Origin: Bdellovibrio sp.
GTDB taxonomy: Bacteria; Bdellovibrionota; Bdellovibrionia; Bdellovibrionales; Bdellovibrionaceae
Assembly: GCA_036677065.1 (NCBI GenBank)
Contig: JAKFBS010000004.1
Coordinates: 192,001 to 256,000, forward strand
DNA length: 64,000 nucleotides
Direction: 5' to 3'
The notes beneath the pieces are model-generated. The model had not been told where the DNA came from and did not search any database. It saw only the letters and a list, made by a program, of their open reading frames with translations. The position numbers and the translations under genes are program-made. Shown here piece by piece: positions 56,484 through 64,000 of the stretch; within the stretch, counting starts at the first letter, position 1; each line of letters opens with the position of its first letter.

Positions 56484-58676
56484 ATGGCTTTTCCTGTTTT
56501 ACCGGCAAAATACTACCTGACGCATTTTCATGAATTCTTAGAATTCATTGAAGACCATTATTTGCCAGTCCTTGAAACAGAACATGTGAAGTTTATAAAA
56601 AGCTTTCAAAGCTTAAGCGAAGACGCACAATGTATTTATGTTCGCATGGTCAACCGCAAGGGGATTTTATTCGCTAAAGCGGGTTTTGTTAAATACGCCG
56701 AAATTAGCGAACACGAAAAAGCCTATGCAGAATTAAAGCAATCTGAATTAATAAAAACTGTCAGTGATTATCATAAATTAGATTTAATTGGTTTTTTCAG
56801 CAAAAAAGAAAACCATCAATGGTTTAAAAAAAGTAATATCAAATTTAATAAAACAGATAGTGTCGATAAGTTAGAAGAGTTAGCTTTGGCAAATCTTGAG
56901 CAACTCAGCATTGAGCATTTATCTGATTTAGATCAGTTGATCGTGCAAGCCTGCCAAGAAGAGTTAAGCTATCTTCTGTTTTTATTCTTCGGCACTTTGC
57001 AGACAAGCCTTAGTCTATATACTTTACGCGATTTGGGAATCCATCAGAAAAGTCAGTTTAAAGAAAAATTCAAGCCTCGCTATACCGATCTAACGGTTGC
57101 ACAAACTGAGTACCAGTTATTAAAAATTATGAGTAATTTAGGTGAGGATAATTTAGACCAAGCCCTCGAATTCGCACTGTCAGTTAAAGTTAATAAAAAC
57201 AGCACTCAAGCCTTAAAGAGCGAACTTTTATTAGAAATCGCCAGTTTGTGTGAAGAGCAGCAGCCACAGAAAGCCATTGCCGCATTGAAAGAAGCAAAAA
57301 ATTATCCCGCCAGACAGAATTTAGCTAAAATTTATTATAAGTTAGAGCAAAAAGAAGACTGTAAAACAGTTTTAGAAGCTATTATTGACCAACCGATCAA
57401 TGATGAAGAAATTCTTTTTGCTGAAGACTTTTTAGATCGCAAATTTAATAAAAAGAAAATGGGTTATCTGACCCAAGCTCTGCGTTCTGCCCAAGAGATT
57501 TCTTTAAGCGAAGCTTATCTTAAAAGTCCGGAAGCCGGCGTAAAAGACTATTATGAAAAAAAAGGGATTCAGGCCACATTTACTGAAAATTATCTTTGGT
57601 GCGCGCTGTTTGGTTTATTTTTTTGGAACGAAATTTTTGAAGATGAACAATCAGCCTTGCATAACCCGTTCGAGCGGTCTCCGGCTGATCTAGTCGGCGA
57701 AGAATTTTATTTAAATCATAAAAAACAAATCGAAGATAAATTATTACTTCTATCAGACTATAAAAAAACTGAAAAATTAATTTTAAAAACAGTCACTGAA
57801 AAGCTTGGTAAGCTCAATGATATTTTTCAATGGCATCCAACAGTAGCCAAATTGGTGCTAAGTTTTTTAAAGGCTTCTGCGCAAAAAGATGTTGCGCACA
57901 TTCTTCGAATGATGAGTCAAAATTTTTCAAATTATCACAGCGGCTATCCTGATTTAATGCTTGAAACCGAAGAAGGCATTCAATTTGTAGAGGTTAAAGC
58001 TGAAGGTGATGTCTTAAAGGCGAAACAACTTTCAAAATTACGTTTATTAAAAGAAGCCGGCTTTGAAGTGAGTGTCTTAAGAGTTAATTGGGTAACAGAT
58101 CCGAATCAAGTGTATGTGGTTGTTGATATTGAAACGACCGGTGGGTCGGGAATTTCTCACAAGATCACTGAAATTGGAGCCGTCAAAATTCAAAACGGTA
58201 AAATTATCGAAGAGTTTCAAACTTTACTTAACCCCGGTAGAGCCATACCAAAATACATTACGGGAATTACCGGAATTACCAATGAAATGGTTAAAGATGC
58301 TCCAAAGTTCAGTGATATTGCTGATCGCTTTTTTGAATTCACACAAGGGGCGATCTTTGTCGCTCATAATGTGCGTTTCGATTACGGTTTTATTCAAAAA
58401 GAATATCAACGTCTTGAAACATCCTATGTGCGGCCGCTGTTATGTACAGTGCAAGGCATGCGTAAGCATTATCCGGGATTATCATCATACAGTTTAAAAA
58501 ATCTTTGTGTAAACTTTAATATTTCGTTAGAGCAACATCATCGTGCGATGTTTGATGCTAAAGCTGCCGCCGAATTATTAAATTTGATTCATCTTAAAAA
58601 GTCGCCTTCTCAGACAGAAGACAGTGCGCAAAGTTTAGTGCAAGAATCTGTGGTCGACCGAAATTTTTTCGAGTAA
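56484..58676 (+). CDS. FAN1-like VRR-NUC nuclease fused to a DEDDh (DnaQ-like) exonuclease
   Basis: YYLTHF N-terminus; GYPDL..FVEVKAEGD..Q PD-(D/E)xK motif; VDIETTG, AHNVRFD and HHRAMFDA. Confidence 0.9.
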   Translation: MAFPVLPAKYYLTHFHEFLEFIEDHYLPVLETEHVKFIKSFQSLSEDAQCIYVRMVNRKGILFAKAGFVKYAEISEHEKAYAELKQSELIKTVSDYHKLDLIGFFSKKENHQWFKKSNIKFNKTDSVDKLEELALANLEQLSIEHLSDLDQLIVQACQEELSYLLFLFFGTLQTSLSLYTLRDLGIHQKSQFKEKFKPRYTDLTVAQTEYQLLKIMSNLGEDNLDQALEFALSVKVNKNSTQALKSELLLEIASLCEEQQPQKAIAALKEAKNYPARQNLAKIYYKLEQKEDCKTVLEAIIDQPINDEEILFAEDFLDRKFNKKKMGYLTQALRSAQEISLSEAYLKSPEAGVKDYYEKKGIQATFTENYLWCALFGLFFWNEIFEDEQSALHNPFERSPADLVGEEFYLNHKKQIEDKLLLLSDYKKTEKLILKTVTEKLGKLNDIFQWHPTVAKLVLSFLKASAQKDVAHILRMMSQNFSNYHSGYPDLMLETEEGIQFVEVKAEGDVLKAKQLSKLRLLKEAGFEVSVLRVNWVTDPNQVYVVVDIETTGGSGISHKITEIGAVKIQNGKIIEEFQTLLNPGRAIPKYITGITGITNEMVKDAPKFSDIADRFFEFTQGAIFVAHNVRFDYGFIQKEYQRLETSYVRPLLCTVQGMRKHYPGLSSYSLKNLCVNFNISLEQHHRAMFDAKAAAELLNLIHLKKSPSQTEDSAQSLVQESVVDRNFFE

Positions 58677-58785
58677 TGAGGCATTTTGCCAAGCAAGTGA
58701 CTAATCATCAGTTATGCAGTGTTCGCGGTGTTGATTGATACTCGTGGTCTAATTCAAACTTTGATTATAACGATCAAGGAGAATC

Positions 58786-59274
58786 ATGAAACAACTTATC
58801 TTAACTTTAATTGTTCTAACAACGACAGCTGTCTTCGCAGATACTATGCCTAAAGTCACATCGACAGACAGTGGTCATGTCATGCACAGTAAAAAATCTA
58901 TGAAGTGGGTAGCCGCACCCCCTTCATTGCCAGCCGGTGCGCAAGCCGCCGTTATTGACGGTGATCCGACTAAGGCCGGTGAATTTACAATGCGACTTAA
59001 ATTTCCGGCTAATTATAAAATTCCACCGCACACTCATCCGGTGGATGAACACATCACTGTTATTGAAGGCACATTTAGTATGGGATTAGGCGAAAAATTC
59101 GATGCTAAAACAGCCCATGCAATGAGTGCCGGTGATTATGCGCGTATGACTGCTGGCACGAAACATTTCGCGATGACAAAATCACCCACCGTGGTTCAGT
59201 TGCATGGTAATGGACCGTGGGGAATAACGTACGTTAACCCAGCCGATGATCCGCGCGAGGCAAATAAAAAATAA
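58786..59274 (+). CDS. Secreted cupin-domain protein
   Basis: Signal peptide; PPHTHPVDEHITV and GTKHFA motifs. Confidence 0.85.
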   Translation: MKQLILTLIVLTTTAVFADTMPKVTSTDSGHVMHSKKSMKWVAAPPSLPAGAQAAVIDGDPTKAGEFTMRLKFPANYKIPPHTHPVDEHITVIEGTFSMGLGEKFDAKTAHAMSAGDYARMTAGTKHFAMTKSPTVVQLHGNGPWGITYVNPADDPREANKK

Positions 59275-59332
59275 GTACGGAAAAATCTGACCACCATGGG
59301 TATAGCCCGAAAGTAATAGATCGCGGCAAAAT

Positions 59333-60973
59333 TTATTTATTAAATTTTTCGCAATCTTTTGATTTACCTACTTGATTTAAGCAATGTCTTGTATCGCGTG
59401 AAGCTTGGTATACTCTTCGCTTCATGCGGCTCACAACACCTAAAGGCTTATGGTAAGGGTTATTCAGTTTTCCATTCCATGGATTAAAGCTTAAATCCTC
59501 GCAGACTTTTGTATTTTTATTAGCATCTTCATTGAATTTTTTTGAAATTCGTATTCTTCCGAACTCAACTTGCGGAACGATTTTTTTTGAAGTGATTTTA
59601 TAGCCATAATCTTCTTCAAAAGTGCTGATGTTTTTAGAATTAAAAAAATCCATGTTTTTTCTAACATTATATTTAAACTGATTCTTTTTTCTTTCACTCG
59701 TTGCCCAGAAATCCGTAGAGTCTTCAATATTAGTATTGATTTGGTCGCGGTAAAGATCACCTTTAAGTGTAAAGCAAATATCGCCGCTTTCCAGGTGTTC
59801 TTTCATTCGAGCTCTTAAATAATCAGGAACCTCATCGTTTACAGAAAGACCAGAGCTTCTGCCAATTTTTAACGGATCATACACTGGATTTTTAAATGGA
59901 TCTGCAAAAATTCGTTTTAAAGACCAATCGGGCATATATGTTTTTTTATCTGCTTCAAATTTTTCAATTTGCTGAGGATCACACGTAACAGGTGCAAATT
60001 CGTATTTTATAGCCCTGGCTTTTCCTTCATACCCCAATCTTGAAGGAACCATAGAGTGATATATCTGAAAAGCTGGGCTATTAATGATACTTCCGTTTGT
60101 TGCAAGAGCCAGGGCAATTTCTGCATCATTCATTCCAGAAAAATAAATAGATTTAAACTCACTCCACTTAGCCGGAATTAGCCATTTATTATCTTTTTTG
60201 CTTTCTAAAAAAAACTCATTAATTTTAATGTATTTGGCTGCATCATTTACGAAAAAGACAGGAAAATTAATTGTTAGAATATCTAGCAAAGCTTGATCAT
60301 TAATAGTTTGCGCTGAAGCATATTCTACGGGTTTATTTAAAAGCCCTTTTGGTAAAATTTTTATCGCCATGCCCCTCGCATCGGGAACTTTGTCGTGCCC
60401 GTTCGACGGCGTACCATTTGAGTATCTAACAATAACATCCTTCACATTTGGCTCGCCAAAAACTCCGAGTTCTTCTTTTGTAATGAACTCTGAAATTTGT
60501 CCATATTTATCACCGATTTCGTTATTTTTTTCTCTAGAAGAACGAATTTCTCTGATGTTTTTATTTATTTCTTGAACGAGTTGATCCGAGGTTTTTAAAG
60601 TCAGCTCACCCACATAACAGCCGTGAGTTTTTCTGTGAACATCTCTTGAGGCATAAGCTTGTTTTTGATCTAATGATTTTGGAAGATCAGTAACAATATT
60701 TTTCTCGTACTCGTTTGCTTTTTCATTTTTAACTTTTTCTAACATTTCTTGACGAATTTTTTGCTGATCTTTGTTAAATTGAGAAATCACAGCACCCAAT
60801 TTATTCGAGTTTTCTCTTTCATCTTCATAAGAAGTCTCTAAGCTTGCATCAATGGGTGAGTCTACATCGTCTGCTATATGATCCAATTGATTGGGTGCTC
60901 TTTCAGATTTATGGGGCTTAAGTGAACAACTTAAAGTCATACATACAGTGCCTATTAATAAGTATTTTAACAT
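59333..60973 (-). CDS. Catalase-related heme lipoprotein
   Basis: Lipobox TLSC; RDVHRKTHGC, VRYSNG, DARGMAIK, FPVFF, LSFNPW, HKPLG and RRVYQAS (proximal Tyr). Confidence 0.8.
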   Translation of the reverse strand: MLKYLLIGTVCMTLSCSLKPHKSERAPNQLDHIADDVDSPIDASLETSYEDERENSNKLGAVISQFNKDQQKIRQEMLEKVKNEKANEYEKNIVTDLPKSLDQKQAYASRDVHRKTHGCYVGELTLKTSDQLVQEINKNIREIRSSREKNNEIGDKYGQISEFITKEELGVFGEPNVKDVIVRYSNGTPSNGHDKVPDARGMAIKILPKGLLNKPVEYASAQTINDQALLDILTINFPVFFVNDAAKYIKINEFFLESKKDNKWLIPAKWSEFKSIYFSGMNDAEIALALATNGSIINSPAFQIYHSMVPSRLGYEGKARAIKYEFAPVTCDPQQIEKFEADKKTYMPDWSLKRIFADPFKNPVYDPLKIGRSSGLSVNDEVPDYLRARMKEHLESGDICFTLKGDLYRDQINTNIEDSTDFWATSERKKNQFKYNVRKNMDFFNSKNISTFEEDYGYKITSKKIVPQVEFGRIRISKKFNEDANKNTKVCEDLSFNPWNGKLNNPYHKPLGVVSRMKRRVYQASRDTRHCLNQVGKSKDCEKFNK

Positions 60974-60999
60974 TTTATCTCCTTGTAAAAAAATTGAAC

Positions 61000-61842
61000 T
61001 TATTTTTCTTTTAAAGCATCTAAAGGTTCGCTTACAGGAAAGTAATTCACATTGATTCTAAATAATCTGCGACCACTGTAGTTTTGCGCATAATATTTTG
61101 AAACAATTTGTTTTGCCATCATTTCTATTTCCTGAGAAAAACTTTTAAGTTCTTCTTCATTCAAAGGTAAAATTAAGCTTCTATAGCCTCGTAAATCTTG
61201 CGGTAATTCTTGTCCGGCTTTTGCTTCATCCAGGCAAGCGTTATTGTAAGCCTTAAAAGCAAGATCTTCTGGATTTCCAGTCACTTTGACAAGACGTTCT
61301 CTTGATTTCCAATAAATGGTTCCATCTGAATTTAAGGTACGATCAACCATACCTATTTTTTCTAATTTTTCTAATGCCTGTAAAACTTCAGAAGGCTCTA
61401 CACCGAGCGCAGCGGCGACCATCGCTTCAGTCCAATTGTAATCATTAAAAGAAGTTAAAGTTTGAATTTTAGGTAAAATCAAATCAGAAATAAATAACAA
61501 AGAGTCTTTAACTTCTGATGGATTAATCTGCCCAATTAAAATTTGTGAGAGAGCCTGCCACGCAGCCATTTTTTCTGAAGCTGTTGGAGCGTGCGCATAA
61601 ACAACTAATAGGCGAAAGTAACTTTTTTCGTCTTCTTGTAAAAAGGCTTTATTTAAAAATTTTTCCGCAACTCCCATAGATAGTTTTTTTTTACGATTCA
61701 CCATCATTCTTAAAGTCGAGCTGCTTTGTAGATCAAGTTCGTCAGCCCACAGGCTATAAGAAAATCCTGCTTGTTCATTTTTTCGTATTAAATAGTAATT
61801 TTGAAGTGCTAAATATGGATCTAAAAGTTGGAATAAATTCAC
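61000..61842 (-). CDS. TIGR02147 family protein
   Basis: FSYSLWADELDLQSSSTLRMMVNRKK HTH; EKSYFRLLV; LFRINVNYFP. AGGAGG RBS before GTG 61842. Confidence 0.85.
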   Translation of the reverse strand: MNLFQLLDPYLALQNYYLIRKNEQAGFSYSLWADELDLQSSSTLRMMVNRKKKLSMGVAEKFLNKAFLQEDEKSYFRLLVVYAHAPTASEKMAAWQALSQILIGQINPSEVKDSLLFISDLILPKIQTLTSFNDYNWTEAMVAAALGVEPSEVLQALEKLEKIGMVDRTLNSDGTIYWKSRERLVKVTGNPEDLAFKAYNNACLDEAKAGQELPQDLRGYRSLILPLNEEELKSFSQEIEMMAKQIVSKYYAQNYSGRRLFRINVNYFPVSEPLDALKEK

Positions 61843-62061
61843 TGAAGTCCTCCTGTTCCTATTGAAGGACAACATTTAACTTTTGATCTGTAAAGATATG
61901 AATCGCGCTCCAAAAAGAGCCCTCATTCTATAACGAGCTGAAGCCCAAAGCTTGGTTAGAAGTCCAGCTGTTTGTCCAATAAAAGCGAGAAAGTTTTTCA
62001 TGGCTGATAAAGCCGAAATCAAGATCCTACGGCGCCAGTTTGTAAATAAGCTATCACCATT

Positions 62062-63138
62062 TTAGCGCCATTCAAAAACGACAATTTCACTGCGTGTGAA
62101 CCAACGCATCGGTGGGCCCCAGTAGCCCGTGCCTTGGTGAGCAAAAACTAGCAGACCCTTGATTATTTTAAAACCAGCTACCACCGGTTGCTGTAATCGC
62201 ACAAATAAGCCAAACGGAAAAATTTGACCGCCGTGAGTGTGGCCCGAAAGTAAAAGATCACATTTTTCTTCACTTAGATCAAACACACTTGATGGTTCAT
62301 GCGCGAGTAAAATTTTATAATCAACTTTTTCAGAAGTTTTTAAAGCTTGGTCTGGATTTGATTCTAATTTTTTATGAAAACTGTTAACGCGTTGATCAGG
62401 AACGCCAGCAATCATGAGTTTTCCACCGTTGTGTGAAATGATTTCATGTGAATTATGTAAAACATGAAAACCTAAATCATGAAGTCTTGCTTCCCAGTCT
62501 CCGCCGCGAATGTATTCATGGTTTCCGGTAACATAAAATTTGGTCGCGGTAATTTGCTTTAATGGATTTAACAAAGGTGATGTTTCGTCAAACGGGGCAT
62601 CGACTAGATCTCCAGTAACCATGACTAAATCAGCCTTTGCAGCTTGGATACGATCAACGACTTTTTGTAACCAGGCTTCACGTAAGTTGGGCATCCCCAC
62701 GTGGAGATCAGAAATTTGTAAAACACGTAAGCCTTTTAAAAAATCAGGGCCTGTTAATTTATGTGTAACGACTTGTGGTCCGAAAATATTAATTCGCAAA
62801 GACCACAGAGAAATAATTCCAGTGGCATACAACATCCACGCTGAATGGACTGGTAATGCTAACAATGAAAAAACAAGCTGAACAATAGCGAAGAAAAATG
62901 CAATGGTAAAAATTCCCATCCAGATGTAGCCAGCCAAAATGATGAAACGTAAACGCTCGCGAAAATGAGTCATGCTCATCAGTAATGAGCCCGGCATAAA
63001 GACTACGCCGATAGCTAGAACAATCGCCAGCCAAGCAGGCGGTAATGCAAAGCTTTGCACTGCCATGGTATAGATAAACCAATGCAGTAAGCCGATAATG
63101 GTCGTAATAATAATTAAGGGGATCGCTATCCCTCTCAT
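62062..63138 (-). CDS. Membrane-anchored metallophosphoesterase (YkuE/YaeI-like)
   Basis: N-terminal TM helices; SDLH, TGDLVD, GNHE and GHTHGGQ motifs. Confidence 0.92.
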   Translation of the reverse strand: MRGIAIPLIIITTIIGLLHWFIYTMAVQSFALPPAWLAIVLAIGVVFMPGSLLMSMTHFRERLRFIILAGYIWMGIFTIAFFFAIVQLVFSLLALPVHSAWMLYATGIISLWSLRINIFGPQVVTHKLTGPDFLKGLRVLQISDLHVGMPNLREAWLQKVVDRIQAAKADLVMVTGDLVDAPFDETSPLLNPLKQITATKFYVTGNHEYIRGGDWEARLHDLGFHVLHNSHEIISHNGGKLMIAGVPDQRVNSFHKKLESNPDQALKTSEKVDYKILLAHEPSSVFDLSEEKCDLLLSGHTHGGQIFPFGLFVRLQQPVVAGFKIIKGLLVFAHQGTGYWGPPMRWFTRSEIVVFEWR

Positions 63139-63560
63139 GAGCTGAGCTTCGGGGTGCCCATGTTCTTTTTTAGTTCAAGAACTTGCACAACTAACATTGG
63201 ATCCTGGCTTTGGGCGATTTTAAGTTTACTTTTAAAATCAGAGTATAAATCAGATTCATCAAATAATGAATGCACTTCGGTTAAAACTGATCTGTGCAGG
63301 TCTTCTAAGATGGTTGTCTCATCATCAAGGGATTCATCCATGCGAACCACAAGACTTGTAATTTTTCGTAGCCAGTCAAAATCTTCGTGTGACATCGATA
63401 AATGCAAAACATCATACGGTGTTAAACTTTTTTCGTTTTGGGCTTCGTATTTTTCTTTTTGAAATTGTAACAAAGACTTGTGCACACGCAAAAGTAGTTG
63501 CGAAACTTTAGTAAGATCTGCTTTGATATTTTTTCTGTTTTCTTCTGCGGACATATGCAA
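63135..63560 (-). CDS. Hypothetical helical protein
   Basis: 141-aa ORF with ATGA overlap to the phosphoesterase gene. Confidence 0.7.
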   Translation of the reverse strand: MHMSAEENRKNIKADLTKVSQLLLRVHKSLLQFQKEKYEAQNEKSLTPYDVLHLSMSHEDFDWLRKITSLVVRMDESLDDETTILEDLHRSVLTEVHSLFDESDLYSDFKSKLKIAQSQDPMLVVQVLELKKNMGTPKLSS

Positions 63561-63775
63561 TTCCTAGCTTTACATTGAAAGTCTAGGAAGGCTTAGTTAC
63601 CTTGGCAACTGGTTTTTGGGTGGCCGCCATTAGCCAGCAGCATTATTATACTGATCTATCTCAGTTTTTGGGCTACGATCGGTTGTGTTAAGGCAATAAA
63701 CTGACCTGATTAAAATGTTTTAAGCGTGAGTTGAGTGTCTCAAAAAGGACAAAAAAGGCTGACGCTTAGGCAATG

Positions 63776-64000
63776 CTAAAAATTAAACGCAAGAACGACA
63801 GCCCATTCTCTGACGTATTCATGATAAACCGACAAACTACCAGAGTTAAATTTAAAGCCCGCTCCAAACCAAACTTGGTCATCATGTGTTTCTGTTTCGT
63901 CATTCACATAGGTATCATGCGAAACTGACAGGGCCACGTTTTGGCTTTGCACAAGTAAACCCGGGGTGACCATAATCACATCGTCAGTTGTGGTTTCATT
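63776..64000 (-). CDS. C-terminal part of a probable outer-membrane beta-barrel protein (runs off the right edge)
   Basis: Frame is open to the window end; amphipathic strands and terminal VLAFNF. Confidence 0.6.
   Translation of the reverse strand, partial: NETTTDDVIMVTPGLLVQSQNVALSVSHDTYVNDETETHDDQVWFGAGFKFNSGSLSVYHEYVREWAVVLAFNF

Overview
About 64 kb of AT-rich bacterial chromosome, most likely from a Bdellovibrionota predator (Bdellovibrio/Pseudobdellovibrio-like). This assignment is inferred from two giant mosaic trimeric fibre genes with C-terminal S74 chaperones, four TIGR02147/DUF4423-type paralogs (one truncated at the left edge and absent from the ORF track), and many secreted hydrolases. 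The window also holds stress and DNA-repair genes (Ku, LigD, DUF6766-like, SRAP, RecQ, a FAN1-like/DEDDh fusion, Hsp20-Lon, an SDR and small disordered proteins), a stand-alone rpsD, PEPCK and a Y1/HUH (RAYT-like) transposase. I recognised no rRNA, tRNA or CRISPR array. Main observations: (1) two unrelated secreted enzymes share a 14-residue segment at the signal-peptide boundary (AMGRGKPVEPxPTP), differing mostly at synonymous sites; (2) every TIGR02147 gene is paired with secreted-protein genes, and some loci carry candidate operators; (3) the HUH transposase carries a 13-bp GC hairpin upstream and an inverted copy inside its own ORF; (4) two promoter classes are readable by eye: sigma28-like, often leaderless, before fibre/secreted genes, and sigma54-like before NHEJ/general-stress genes. 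All family calls come from motif recognition, not database searches.
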